The notes beneath the pieces are model-generated. The model searched no databases, was not told the origin of the DNA, and worked only from the letters and a program-made list of their open reading frames with translations. DNA of 64,000 nt from the human T2T-CHM13v2.0 reference genome, Homo sapiens. The translations under genes and the position numbers were made by a program. Of the stretch, positions 23,415 to 53,500 are shown piece after piece; position 1 is the stretch's first letter; the number at the start of each line of letters is the position of its first letter. Where the stretch lies: the NCBI RefSeq assembly GCF_009914755.1, contig NC_060947.1. The stretch is one strand, 5' to 3'.

Positions 23415-23957
23415 TGTGCAAAAAAGAGGTAATATAGCAGGTCTGAAACTACTATCCTTAGAAAGGCTAGCTTGCAAGACTGGCCCTTGCCTGGCATCTG
23501 TGAACTTGATTTTGGGATGTTTCCCACCATTATCCATCTGATAAGAGTGGTTTACTCATCCGAAACTGTTTGTTCAAGAAGTATGTTTTATGCTGAACAC
23601 CAGATTCCCTTCTGAGTATCTGAAATGTTGTTGCCTGTTAGGCAGAGAGTGCCTTTGTGACAAGTCCCTAGTAAAAACCTGGGGCACTGAGTTTCTAATG
23701 AGCTTCCCTGGTAGATAACATTTTACGCATGTTGTCATGATTCATTGCTGGAGAGACAAATTGTGTGACTCCATTGGGAAGGGACTCTTGGCAGCTTTTG
23801 CTGGTTCCCACCAGACTTTGCCCAGTGGCCTTTCCCCATTACTGATTTAGCTCAGTATTCTTTTGCTGTAATAAGTCTTAGTCATGAGCACACCTATACA
23901 TTGGGTCCTCATAGACAATCACTGGAAGTGAGGGTGGTCTTGGGGATCCCTGACACA
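23415..23957 (+). mobile_element. MER68-like solo LTR
   Basis: TGTGCAAAAAAGAGGTAATATAGCAGG...ATCCTTAGAAAGG start and GGTCTTGGGGATCCCTGACACA end. Confidence 0.7.
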
Positions 23958-24288
23958 CTGGCAGCAACAGTGTGATTCACCAGCAAGACCCTGACTCACT
24001 AAAATATGTTGAAAGACTTCTTTGAATAAAGAATGAAGAAGCAGACATGACGAAGCTGTAACACCTGGGAGACTGTGGATTTGCCCATAATAGGAAGCAG
24101 CAGCCGAGCTCTTTTGTCTGTTGTGAAAAATACATGTACTCACAGCATTTCACAGTAATCCCTCCAATGGCAAGAGAGTTGGCCCACTGGATCCCTGCAC
24201 CGCTGTTCTATGCTGAATAATGCAGTGGCGAGGAGGGGGTGGGGGAGGTGCAGCCAGGTGCTGCCTTTGGCTTTTGTTTTCTCCTTCA

Positions 24289-24754
<466 letters not shown>

Positions 24755-25026
24755 CTAGTAAAAGACCAATGATACGAATATTTTCTGAGCTAAGTCATGA
24801 GAAGATGGTATCAATTTATTCAGTTCCAGAGTCAGAGGAAATGGACAATAGGGAAAGAGAGTGGAGTGTGGAGGGGAGGTGAAGGTGTGCGGGGCAGGGA
24901 GAGAGGTCTGGGGCAGACAGGGTTGAGGAATAATGGGGAAGAGCAGAAAGCAGAAGTTCAGAGATCTGATAATAGAAGTTCACACTTCTGGATACTTACT
25001 CTAAGCCATATGTTTTAGCTCACTTT

Positions 25027-25108
25027 CTTTCTCTCTCTCTCTCTCTCTCTCCGTTTATGTGTGTATATATATACTATATTTTAAAATTATATATATATGT
25101 ATATATAA
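25027..25108. repeat. (CT)n and (TA)n microsatellites
   Basis: CTCTCTCTCTCTCTCTCTCT and TATATATA tracts seen directly. Confidence 0.85.
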
Positions 25109-25109
25109 T

Positions 25110-25270
25110 AACAGTCAGTTAGTGCTCACAGCAACACTGTCAGGTGTGTGTTACTAATGTTATCATCTCTCGTTATGGAATAGGAAACAGAGACACGTTA
25201 AGAGACTAAGGAACTTGCCCAAAGTCACCTCGCCAGCAAGGGCAGAGTCAGATTGGTACCCAGGCTGGAG
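25110..25270 (-). mobile_element. MIR SINE
   Basis: AGGAAACAGAGACAC...TAAGGAACTTGCCCAAAGTCAC...GGCAGAGTCAG. Confidence 0.6.
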
Positions 25271-25605
25271 AGGGGTGTACAGACACATGCAATCCGACCC
25301 TGACACTCTAAAATGCGCTGCAGTGTGGAATGGTCCTCCAGATCACAAGACAGGTGAAAGTGTCCAGCAGCATTTATGATATGACATTATCTGCTTGTGG
25401 ATTGAACATGAGGTCTCTTGACTGTGTTTGATAATACAGGGTGATGAGTCAATACCAGGAAAGCACAAAGGCAGTATCTGGTCCATATTAAGCTTTCTGT
25501 ATGTGTTTGCTACCATGGATGTTAGCAGCAACATCCCTGTCACTGTCATTATGGGAAATAGCTTTGGTATAATATTAAACAAAACAACAGATGCAGTTTT
25601 TTATT

Positions 25606-27678
<2,073 letters not shown>

Positions 27679-27689
27679 ATAAAACCGAT

Positions 27690-28991
27690 TTCTTTGAGAA
27701 ATTGCCAAGCTGCTTTCCACAATGGCTGAACTAATTTACATTCCCACCAGCAGTGTATAAGCAAGCATTCCCTTTTCTCTGCAACCTGGTCAGCATCTGT
27801 TATTTTTTTACTTTTATTATAGCCATTCTGACTGGTGTGAGATGGTATCTTAATGTGATTTTCGTTTGCACTTCTCTGAATGATTAGTGATGTGCATTTT
27901 TTCATTTGTTGGCTGTATGAATGTCTTCTTTTTAAAAGTGTCTATTCGCGTCCTTTGCCCAGTTTTAAAGGGTTGTTTGTTTTTCACTTGTAAATTTATT
28001 TAAGTTCCTTATAGATTCTGGATAGTACACCTTTGTCAGGTGCATCGTTTGCAAATATTTTCTCCCATTCTTTAGGTTGTCTGCCTCTTGATTATTTCTT
28101 TTATTGTGCAGAAGCTCTTTAGTGCAATTAGATTCCACTTGTCAACTTGTGTTTTTGTTGAAATTGCTTTTGGACTCTTCATCATTTAATAAAGTTTCAG
28201 GATACAAAATCAGTGTACAAAAATTAGTAGCATTTCTATACACCAATAATGTCCAAGCTGAAAGCCAAATCAAAATACAATTCCATTCACAATAGCCACA
28301 AAAAATCATAGGAATACAGCTAATCAGGGAGGTGAAATATCTCTAAAACAAAAATTACAAAACACAGCTGAAGGAAATCAGAGATGACATAAACAAATGG
28401 AAGAACATTCCGTGTTCATTGGTAGGAGTATCAGTATTGTTAAAATGGCCATAATACCCAAAGTAATTTACAAATTCAATGCAATCCTATCAAACTACCA
28501 ATTACATTTTTTACAGAATTAGAACAAAGTATTCTAAAATTCTTATGGAACCAAAACAGAGTTGGAATAGCCAAAGCAATCCCAAGCAAAAAGAACAAAG
28601 CTGGAGGCATCACACTACCTCAATTCAAACTATACTACAAGGATACAGTAACCAAAACAGCATGGTACTGGTACAAAAACAGACACATGGGCCAATAGAA
28701 CAAGTTATGGAGCCCAGAAATAAAGTCACACACCTACAACCATCTAATCTTCAACAAAGCTGACAATGACAAGCAATGAGGACAGTACTCCTTATTCAAT
28801 AAATGATGTTGGGATAACTGGCTAGCCATATGCAGAAGATTGAAACTGGACCCTTCTTGACACCATATGCAAAAATCAACTCAAGGTGGACTAAATACTT
28901 AAATATGAAACCTAAAACTATGAAAATCCTAGAAGAAAACCTGGGAAATGTCATTCTCAATAAAGGACCTGGCAAAGATTTCATGACAAAG
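27690..28991. mobile_element. Older L1 (L1PB/late L1PA) with a 5' inversion: 27690-28185 minus, 28186-28991 plus
   Basis: Plus part ends GGCAAAGATTTCATGACAAAG and minus part begins ATGATGAAGAGTCCAAAAGCAATT, which are adjacent positions in ORF2. Confidence 0.8.
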
Positions 28992-29511
28992 TTTGGATTT
29001 CTTTTTCAGACAGTTTGCTATTCCAGTGTAGACACAGTACTAATTTTTGTACATTGATGTTGTCTCTTGCAAATTTCTAAATACACTGATTAATTCTAAT
29101 AGTTTTTTGGTGGCGTCTTTACAGTGTTCTATGTATATGATAATATTATCTACAAATAGGAATTATTGGACTTCTTCCTTTTTAATTTAAATGCCTTATA
29201 TTTCCTCTTCTTACCTAAATGCTCTGGCTAGAACATACAGTACTATGCTCAATCAAGTGATGAAAATGGGTATCCTTTTCTTGTTCCAAATCTCAGAGAA
29301 AAAGTTTCAATTTTTTCCCATTCAGTATGGTGTTAGCTGTAAGTGTGTCATATATGGCCTTTATGGTATTGAGGTATGTTTCTACTATACCTAGTTTCTT
29401 AGGGTTTTTATCATGAAGATATGTTGAACTTTAATGCTTTTCAGCATCTTGAAATGATGTCATCATTTTTGTCCTTGCTTCTGTTAATGTGATATATCAC
29501 ATTTATTGATT
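28992..29511 (-). mobile_element. L1M ORF2 (RT region) fragment
   Basis: TAATTTTTGTACATTGAT...CTCTGGCTAGAAC...CAGTACTATG...TTTTTATCATGAAG, diverged L1. Confidence 0.75.
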
Positions 29512-35696
<6,185 letters not shown>

Positions 35697-36430
35697 AGAT
35701 GTAAGCCATTTTTAAGTCAGGTGGGATAATATCTCATTGTAGTTTTGATTTGCATATCTCTAATCAATGATGTTGAGCCCATTTTAATATGCCTTTTTGC
35801 CATTTGCATGTTATTTTTTGAGAAATGTCTATTTGAATCTTTTGCCCACTTTTTAATTGGCTTGCTAGATTTTTTTCCTGTGGAGTTATTTGAGCTTTTC
35901 TATATTCTGGTTATTAATCCCTTGTCAGATAGGTAGTTAGCAAATATTTTCTTCAAATTGGTGGGGTATCTCTTCATTTTGTTGGTAATTTCCTTTCTTG
36001 TTCAGAAGCTTTTTAACTTGATGTGATCCCACTTGTCCATTTTTGCTTCAGTTGCATGTATTTGTGAGGTATTAATCAAGAAATTTTCGCCCAGACCAAT
36101 ATCCTATAAAGTTTTTCTGATGTTTCCTTGTAGTAATTTTATAGTTCAAGATCCTAAACTCTTTAATTTATTTTGATTTGGTTTTTGTATATGGTGAGAA
36201 ATAGGGGCCTTGTTTCATTCTTCTGCATATTCATATTTAGTTTTTATAGCATAATTTATTGAAGAAATTGTCTTTTTCCCAGTGTATATTATTTGAGCCT
36301 TTGTCAAAAATGAGTTCAGTGTAAATGTGAGAATTTTTTTCTGTGTCTTGTATTCTGTTCCATTAGTCTGTGTCTGTATCAGTGTCCTCTATTCTGTTCC
36401 CTTAGTCTGTGTGGCTACAGCTGTGCAGTG

Positions 36431-36600
36431 ACCAATCAATGGATTGTTTTTTGAAGACTGGCAATAAAGCTGTCCATTCAATTCGGAATACTGGTTTTAA
36501 GGTATAGCTGCTGATATTCTTTCATGTTTAGAAATTCTTTCTGTTATTATTCAAAAAATGTTTTTAATCATGCTAATAAACTTTTTTGGAGATGAAAAAA
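36431..36600 (+). other. Non-L1 insert resembling a processed mRNA 3' end
   Basis: Interrupts L1 homology; AATAAA at 36463-36468 and 36575-36580; A6 14 nt after the second signal. Confidence 0.5.
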
Positions 36601-36875
36601 TAAGTCAGGTAATGTGATTTCTCCAGTTTTGCTCTTTTTGCTTAGGATGGCTTTGGCTATTCTGGGTCTTTTGAGGTTATATATAAATTTTAGAATTGTT
36701 TTTTTCTATTTCAATGGAGACTGTCATTGGTAATTTGATAGGGATTGCATTGAATCTGTAGACTGTTTTGGGTATTATGGACATTTTAACAATATTAGTT
36801 CTTCCAATCCATAAATATGAAACATATTTCCATTTTTTTGGTGTCTTCTTCAATTTCTTTCATCAGTGTTTTAAG

Positions 36876-37221
<346 letters not shown>

Positions 37222-39801
37222 TAATTCCTAGGTATTTAATTTTATGTGGCTATTGTAAATGGGACTAATTTATAAATTTCTTTTTCAGATTGTTTATTGT
37301 TTTCATATAGAAATGCTACTAATTTTTGTATGTTGATTTTGTATCCTGCAACTTTACAGAATTTGTTTATCTGTTCTAAGAATTTTTTGATGGTGCCTTC
37401 AGGTTTTACCAAATACAAGATTATATTATCTGCAAACAACTATAATTTGATTTCTTCCTTTCTAGTTTGGATGCCATTTATATTTCTCTTGTCTGACTGC
37501 TCTAGCTAGGACTTCCAGTACTATGTTGAATAACAGGGCTGACACTGGGCATCCTTGTCTTATTCCAGATCTTAAAGGAAAGGCTTTCAGCCTTTTTCCA
37601 TTCAACATGATACTATCTGTGGGTCCATCAAACTTTGCTTTTATTATGTTGAGGTACGTTTCTTCTATACCCAGTTTTTTGAAAAATTTTATCATGAAAG
37701 GATGTTGAATTTTATCAAAAGATATTTTTGCATCAGTTGAAACTATCATATGCTTTTTGTACTTTATTCTGCTGATATGATATATCACATTGATTGATTT
37801 GCATGTGTTGAATCATTCTTGCATCCCAAGAAGAAATCCCACTTGGTCACAACGAATAATCTTTTTAATGTATTGTTGAATTCCGTTCACTAATATTTTG
37901 TTGATAATTTTTGCATCAATATTCATCAGAGATATTGGCCTATAGTTTTCTTTTTTGATGTATCTTTACCTGGTTTGTGTATCAAGCAAATGCTGGCCTA
38001 ACAGAAGTTTGAAAGTATTCCTTTCTTGTTTATTTTTTGGAATAATTCGAGTTGATTGCTCTTAGCTCTTCTTTAAATGTTTGGTAGAATTCTGCTGTGA
38101 AACCATCATGTCCCAAGCTTTTCTTTAGTAGAAGACTTTATATTATGGCTTAGATTTTGTACTTGTTATTGGTAGAATTTGGCTTAAATTTCTTCTGCTC
38201 CTGGGCTTTGTTTGGTTGGTAGTCTATTAATTACTGCTTCAATTTCAGAACTTTTTAAATTATTATTATACTTTAAGTTCTAGGGTACATGAGCACAGCG
38301 TGCAGGTTTGTTACATAGGTATGCATATGCCATGCTGGTTTGCTGCTCCCATTAACACGTCATTTACATTGGGTATTTCTCCTAATGCTATCTCTCCCCT
38401 AGACCCCCACGCCATGACAAGCCCCATTGTGTGATGTTCCCCTCCCTGTGTCCAAGTGTTCTCTTTTTTCAATTCCCACCTATGAGTGAGAACATGCAGT
38501 GTTTTGTTTTCTGTCCTGGTGATAGTTTGCTCAGAATGATGGTTTCCAGCTTCATCCATGTCCCTGCAAAGGACACGAATTCATCATTTTATGGCTGCAT
38601 AGTATTCCATGGTGTATACTTGCCACATTTTCTTAATCCAGTCTATCATTGATGGACATTTGGGTTGGCTCCAAATCTTTGCTATTGTGAGTAGTGCCAC
38701 AATAAACATACGTGTGTATGTCTCTTTATAGTCGCATGATTCATAATCCTTTGGGTATATACACAGTAATGGGATCGCTGGGTCAAATGGTATTTCTATT
38801 TCTATCCTTGAGGAATCACCACACTGTCTTCCATAATGGTTGAACTAATTTACACTTCCACCAACAGTGTAAAAGCGTTCCTATTTCTCCACATCCTCCC
38901 CAGCATCTGTTGTTTCCTAACTTTTTAATGATCACCATTCTAATTGGTGTGAGATGGTATCTCATTGTGGTTTGATTTGCATTCCTCTGATGACCAGTGA
39001 TGATGAGCATTTTTTCATTTGTCTGTTGGCTGCATAAATGTCTTCTTTTGAGAAGTGTCAGTTCATATCCTTTGCCCACTTTTTGATAGGGTTGTTTGAT
39101 TTTTTCTTGTAAATCTGTTTGAGTTCTTTGTAGATTCTGGATATTAGCCCTTTATCAGATGGGTAGATTGCAAAAAATTTCTCCCATTCTGTAGGTTGCC
39201 TGTTCGCTCTGATGGTAGTTTCTTTTGCTGTGCAGAAGCTCTTTAGTTTCATTAGATCCTATTTGTCTATTTTGGCTTTTGTTGCCATTGCTTTGGTGTT
39301 TCAGTCATGAAATACTTGCCCATGTCTGTGTCCTGAATGGTATTGCCTAGCTTTTATTCTGGGGTTTTTATGGTTTCAGGACTACATTTAAGTCTTTAAT
39401 CCATCTTGAATTAATTTTTGTGTAAGGTGTAAGGAAGGGATCCAGTTTCAGCTTTCTACATATGGCTAGCCAGTCTTCCCAGCACCATTTGTTAAATAGG
39501 GAATCGTTTCCCAATTTCTTGTTTTTGACAGGTGTGTTGAAGATCAGATGGTTTTAGATGTGTGGTGTTATTTCTGAGGGCTCTGTTCTGTTCCATTGGT
39601 CTATATCTTTTTGGTACCCGTACGATGCTGTTTGGTTACTGTAACCATGTAGTATAGTTTGAAGTCAGGTAGCGTGATGCTTCCAGGTTTGTTCTTTTTG
39701 CTTAGGATTGTCTTGCCAATGTGGACTTTTTTTTTTTTCGGTTCTATATGAACTTTAAAGTAGTTTATTCCAAGTCCATTAGTAGCTTGAATCTATAACT
39801 A

Positions 39802-40305
<504 letters not shown>

Positions 40306-42331
40306 TCACTGTCTTGTGCCAGTTTACAAAGGGAATGCTTCCAGTTTTTGCCCATTCAGTATGATATTGGCTGTGGGTTTGTCATAAATAGCTCTTATTA
40401 TTTTGAGCTATGTTCCATCAGTACCTACTTTATTGAGAGTTTTTAGCATGAAGAGCTGTTGAATTTTGTTGAATGCCTTTTCTGCATCTATTGAGATAAT
40501 CATGGGGTTTTTGTTTTTGGTTCTGTTTATGTGATGGATTACATTTATTGATTTTCGTATGTTGAACAAGCCTTGCATCCCAAGGATGAAGCCGATTTGA
40601 TTGTGGTGGATAAGCTTTTTGATGTGCTGCTGGATTTGGTTTGCCAGTATTTTACTGAAGATTTTTGCATCCATGTTCACCAGGGATATTGGTCTAAAGT
40701 TCTCTTTTTTGTTGTGTCTATACCAGGCTTTGGTATCACGATGATGCTGGCCTAATAAAAAGAGTTAGGGAGGGTTCCCTCTTTTCCTATTGATTGGACC
40801 AGTTTCAGAAGAAATGGTACCAGCTCCTCCTTGTACCCCTGGTAGAATTTGGCTGTGAATCCGTCTGGTCCTGAACTCTTTTTGGCTGGTAGGCTATTAA
40901 TTATTGCCTCAATTTCAGAGCCTGTTATTGGTCTATGCAGAGATTCCACTTCTTTCAGGTTCAGTTTTTTGAGGGTGGATGTGTCCAGGAATTCATCAAT
41001 TTCTCCTGGATTTTCTAGTTTATTTGCATAGAGGTGTTTATAGTATTTTCTGATGGTAGTTTGTATTTCTGTGGGATCGGTGGTGATATCCCCTTTATCA
41101 CTTTTTATTGCATCTATTTGATTCTTCTCTCTTTTCTTCTTTATTAGTCTTGCTAGCAGTCTATCTATTTTGTTGATCTTTTCAAAAAAACAGCTCATGG
41201 ATTCATTGATTTTTTTGAAGGGCTATTTGTGTCTCTATCTCCTTCAGTTCTGCTCTGATCTTAGTTATTTCTTCTCTTCTGCTAGCTTTTGAATTTGTTT
41301 GCTCTTGCTTCTCTACTTCTTTTAATTGTGATGTTTGGGTGATGATTTTAGATCTTTCCTGCTTTTTCCTGTCGGCATTAAGTGCTATAAATTTCCCTCT
41401 ACACACTGCTTTAAACGTGTCCCTGTGATTCTGGTACGTTGTGTCTTTGTTCTCACTGTTTGCAAAGAACATCTTTATTTCTCCCTTTATTTCATTATGT
41501 ACCTAGTAGTAATTCAGGAGCAGGTTGTTCAGTTTCCATATAGTTCTTTGGTTTTCAGTGAGTTTCTTAATCCTGAATTCTAATTTGATTGCACTGTGGT
41601 CTGAGAGATAGTTTGTTGTGATTTCTGTTCTTTTACATTTGCTCAAGAGTGCTTTACTTCCAACAATGTGGTCAATTTTGGAATAAGTGCGATGTAGTGC
41701 TGAGTAGAATGTATATATTCTGTTGATTTGGGGTGGAGAGGTCTGTAGATGTCTATTAGGTCTGTTTGGTGCAGAGCTGAGTTCAAGTTCTGGATATCCT
41801 TCTTAAACTTCTGTCTTGTTGATCTGTCTAATATTGACAGTGGGGTGTTAAAGTCTCCCATTATCATTGTGTGGGAGTGTTAGTCTCTTTGTAGGTCTCT
41901 GGGGACTTGCTTTATGAGTCGGGTGCTCCTGTATTGGGTGCATATATATTTAGTATAATTAGCTCTTCTTGTTGAATTGTTCCCTTTACCATTATGTAAT
42001 GGCCTTCTTTGTCTCTGTTGATCTTTGATGGTTTAGTCTGTTTTATCAGAGACTAGGATTGCAACCCCTGCTTTTTTTTTGCTTTCCATTTGCTTGGTGG
42101 ATCATCCTCCATCCCCTTATTTTGAGCCTATGTGTGTCTCTGCATGTGAGATGGGTCTCCTGAATACAGCACACCGATGGGTCTTGACTCTTTATCCAAT
42201 TTCCCCATCTGCGTCTTTTCACTGGGGCATTTAGCCCATTTACATTTAAGGATCATATTGTTAGGTGTGAATTTGATCCTGTCATTATGATATTAGCTGA
42301 TTGTTTTGCCTGTTAATTGATGCAGTTTCTT

Positions 42332-48361
<6,030 letters not shown>

Positions 48362-50567
48362 ATGCAGTTTCTTAATAGCATCATGTTTGCTATTTTGACA
48401 TGTTTTTGCAGTGGCTCCTACCAGTTGTTCCTTTCCATGTTTAATGCTTCCTTCAGGAGCTCTTGTAAGGCAGGCCTGGTGGTGACAAAATCTCTCAGCC
48501 TTTGCTTTTCTGTAAAGGATTTTATTTCTCCTTCACTTATGTAGCATAGTTTGGCTGGATATGAAATTCTGGGTTGAAAATTCTTTTCTTAAGAATGTTG
48601 AATATTGGCCCCCACTCTCTTCTTGCTTGTGGAGTTTCTGCTGAGAGATCCACTATCAGTCTGATGGGCTTCCCTTTGTGAGTAACCCGACCTTTCTCTC
48701 TGGCTGCCCTTAATATTTTTTCCTTCATTTCAACCTTGGTGAATCTGACAATTATGTGTCTTGGGTTGCTCTTCTCGAGGAATGTCTTTGTGGTGTTCTC
48801 TGTATTTCCTGAATTTGAATGTTGGCCCGCCTTGCTAGATTGGGGAAGTTCTCCTCCATAATATCCTGCAGAGTGTTTTCCACCTTGGTTTCATTCTCCC
48901 CATCACTTTCAGGTACACCAATCAAACGTAGATTTGGTCTTTTCACATAGTCCCATATTTGTTGGAGGCTTTGTTCATTTCTTTTTACTCTTTTTTCTCT
49001 AAACTTCTCCTCTTGCTTTATTTCATTAATTTGAACTTCAATCACTGATACTTTCTTCCACTTGATCAAATCGGCTATTTAAGCTTGTACATGCATCACA
49101 TAGTTCTCGTTCCATGGTGTTCAGCTCCATCAGGTCATTTAAGGTCTTCTCTACACTGTTTATTCTGGTTAGCCACTCATCTAATCTTTTTTTCAAGGTT
49201 TTTAGCTTCCTTGCCACGGGTTTGAACATCTTCCTTTAGCTAGGAGAAGTTTGTTATTACTGATCTTCTGAAGCCTACTTCTGTCAAGTTGTCAAAGGCA
49301 TTCTCTGTCCAGCTTTGTTCCATTCCTGGTGAACAGCTGTGATCCTTTGGAGGAAAAGAGGCACTCTCGTTTTTAGAATTTTTAGCTTTTCTGCTCTGGT
49401 TTATCCCCATCTTTGTGGTTTCTTCTACCTTTGGTCTTTGATGTTGGTGATCTACAGATAGGGATTTGCTGTAGATGTCCTTTTTGTTGATGTTGATGCT
49501 ATTCTTTCTATTTCTTAGTTTTCCTTCTAACTGTCAGGTCCCTCAGCTGCAGGTCTGTTGGAGTTTGCTGGAGGTCCACTCCAGACCCTGTTTGCCTGGG
49601 TGTCACCAGAGGAGGCTGCAGTACAGCAAATATTGCAGAATAGCAAATATTGCTGCCTGATCCTTCCTGTGGAAGCTTTGTCCCAGGGGGGCACCCACCT
49701 GTATGAGGTGGCAGTGGACCCCTACTGGGAGGTGTCTCCCAGTTAGGCTACATAGGTGTCAGGGACCCACTTCGGGGGGCAGTCTGTCCATTCTCAGAGC
49801 TCAAACACCATGCTTGGAGAACCACTGCTCTCTTCAGAGCTCTCAGACAGGAACGTTTAAGTCTGCAGAAGTTTCTGCTGCCTTTTGTTCAGCTATGCCC
49901 TGCCCCCAGAGGTGGAGTCTATAGAGGCAGCACATCTTTCAGCGCTGTGGTGTGCTCCGCCCAGTTCGAGCTTCCCGGTAGCTTTGTTTACCTACTCAAG
50001 CTTCAGCAATGGCAGACGCCCCTCCCCTGCCAGGTTGCTGCCTCGCAGGTCGATCTCAGACTGCTGCCCTAGCATTGAGCAAGGCTCCATGGGCATGGGA
50101 CCCGCTGAGCCAGAGGCAGGATATAATCTCCTAGTGTGCCGTTTGCTAAGACTGTTGGAAAAGTGTAGTATTTGAGTGGGAGTGTCCCGTTTTTCCAGGT
50201 ACAGCCTGTCATAGCTTCCCATGGCTAGGAAAGGGAAATCCCCTGACCACTTGCACTTCCCTGGTGAGGTGACGCCCCACCCTGCTTCGGCTTACCCTCC
50301 ATGGGCTGCACCCACTGTCCAACCAGTCCCAATGAGATGAATCAAGTACCTCAGCTGGAAATGCAGAAATCACCCATCTTCTGCATTGATCACACTGGGG
50401 GCTGCACACTGGAGCTGCTCCTATTTGGCCATCTTGGAAGGGACCCAATTTCAGAACTACTTATTGGTCTATTCAGGGATTCAATTTCTTCCTGATTTAG
50501 TTTTGGGAGGTTTTATGTGTCCAGAAATTTATCCATTTCTTCTACATTTACTAGTTTATTTGCGTAG

Positions 50568-53500
50568 TTCTTAGAGACCAACAAGGAGGCTTAGACTCCC
50601 ACACAATAATAGTGGGAGACTTTAACACCCCACGGTCAATATAAGGCAGATCAATGAAACAGAAAATTAAAAAGGATATTCAGGACTTGAACTCAGCCCC
50701 GGACCAAGCAAACCTAACAGACATCTACTGAACTCTCCATCCTAAATCAACAGAATATACATTCTTTTCAGCACCACATCACACTCATTCTAAAATTGAC
50801 CACAAAATTGTAAGTAAGCACTCCTCAGCAAATGGAAAACAACAGAAATCATAACAGTCTCTCAAACCACAGTGCAATCAAATTAGAACTCAAGATTCAG
50901 AAACTCATTCCACACTGCACAGCTACGTGGAAACTGAACCACCTGCTCCTGAATGACTACTGGGTAAATAACAAAATGAAGGCAGAAATAAAGATGTTCT
51001 TTGAAACTAATGAGAACAAAGACACAAGTGTACCAGAATCTCTGGGATATATTTAAAGTACATGTAGAGGAAAATTTAGAGCACTAAATGCCCACAAAAG
51101 AAAGGAGGAAAGATCTAAAATTGATACCCTAACATCAAAATTAAAAGCAATAGAGAGGCAAGAGCAAACAAATTCAAAAGCTAGCAGAAAACAAGAAATG
51201 ACTAAGATCAGAGCAGAACTGAAGGAAATAGAGACAGCAAAAACCCTTCAAATAATCAATGACATCAGGAGCTGGATTTTTGAAAAGACCAATAAAATAG
51301 TTAGACCACTAGCCAGATTAATAAAGAAAGAAGAGAACAGAGAAGAATTAAATAGATGCAATAAAAATTAATAAAGGGGATATCACCACTGGTCCCACAG
51401 AAATACAAGCTACCATCAGAGAATACTATAAACACCTCTACGCAAATAAACTAGAAAACCTAGAATAAATGGATGAATTCCTGGACACATACACCATCCC
51501 AAGACTAAACCAGGAAGAAGTTGAATCTCTGAATAGACCAATAACAGGCTCTGAAATTGAGGCAGTAATTAATAGCCTACCAATCAAAAAAGGTCCAAGA
51601 CAGGATGGATTCACAGCCGAATTCTACCAGAGGTACAAAGAGGAACTGGTACCATTCCTTCTGAAACTATTCCAAACAATAGAAAAAGGGAATCCTCCCT
51701 AACTCCTTTTACGAGGCCAGCATGATCCTGATACCAAAGCCAGGCAGAGACACAACAAAAAGGAAAATTTCAGGCCAATATCCTTGATGAACATCAGTGT
51801 GAAAATCCTCAACAAAATACTGGCAAACGGAATCCAGCAGCACATCAAAAAGCTTATCCACCCTGATCAAGTGGGCTTCATCCCTGGGATGCAAGGCTGG
51901 TTCAACATATTTAAATCAATAAACATAATCCATCCCATAAACAGAACCAATGAAAAAAACACATTATTTTCTCAATAGATGCAGAAAAAGCCTTTGACAA
52001 AATTCAACACCCCTTCATGCTAAAACTCTCAATAAACTAGATATTGAAGAAACATATCTCAAAATAATAGGAGCTATTTATGACAGTCCCACAGCCAATA
52101 TCATATTGAATGGGCAAAAACTGGAAGCATTCCCTTCGAAAAGCGGCACAAGACAAGGATGCCCTCTCTCACCACTCCTATTCAAAATAATATTGGAAGT
52201 TCTGGCCAGGGCCATCAGTCAAGAGAAAGAAATAAATGAGTTCAATTAGGAAAAAAGGAAGTCAAATTGTCCCGGTTTGCTGATGACATGATTGTATATT
52301 TAGAAAACCCCATCATCTCAGTCCAAAATCTTCTTAAGCTGATAAGCAACTTCAGTAAAGTCTGAGGACACAAAATTAATGTGCAAAAATCACAAACATT
52401 CCTATACACCAATAACAGACAAACAGAGAGCCAAATCATGAGTAAACTCCTATTCACAATTGCTACCAAGAGGAAAAATACCTAGGAATACAACTTACAA
52501 GGGATGTGAAGGGCCTCCTGAAGGAGAGCTACAAACCACTGCTCAAGGAAATAAGAGAGAACAAAAACAAATGGAAAAATTTTCCATAGTCATGGATAGA
52601 AAGAATCAATATTGTGAAAATGGCCATAGTGTCCAAAGTAATTTATAGATTCAGCGCTGTCCCCATCAAGCTACCATTGATTTTCTGCACAGAATTGGAA
52701 AAAACTACTTTAAATTTCATATGGAACCAAAAAAGTGCCCACATAGCCAAGACAGTCCTAAGCAAAAAGAACAAACCTGAAGGCATCACGCTACCTGATT
52801 TCAAACTATACTACAAGGCTATGGTGACCAAAACAGCATGGTACTTGTACGAAAACAGATATATAGACCAATGGAACACAACAGAGGTCTCAGAAGTAAC
52901 ACCACACATCTACTACCATCTGATCTTTGACAATCCTGACAAAAACAAGCAATGGGGAATGGATTCCCTATTTAATAAATTGTGTTGGGAAAACTGGCTA
53001 GCCATATGCAGAAAACTGAAACTGGACCCCTTCCTTACACCTTATACAAAAATTAACTCAAGATGGATTAAAGACTTGGATGTAAGACCTAAAACCATAA
53101 AAACACTAGAAGAAAACCTAAACAATACCATTCAGGACATAGGCATGGGCAAAGACTTCATGACTAAAACACCAAAAGCAATGGCAACAAGAGCCAAAAT
53201 TGACAAATGGGATCTAATTAAACTAAAGAGCTTCTGCACAGGAAAAGAGACTATCATCAGAGTGAACAGGCTACCTACGGAATTGGAGAAAATTTTTGCA
53301 ATCTATCCATCTGACAAAGGGCCAACCTTCAGAATCTACAAAGAATTTAAACAAATTTACAAGAAAAAAAACAATCCCATCAAAAAGTGCTTGAAGGACA
53401 TGAACAGACACTTCTCAAAAGAAGATACTTATGCAGTCAACTAACATATGAAAAAAAGCTCATCACATTGGTCATTAGAGAATTTCAAATCAAAACACAA

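Noticed and set aside
24229-24250. G-rich stretch as a G-quadruplex
   Set aside because: Only two runs of three or more G; too weak to call.
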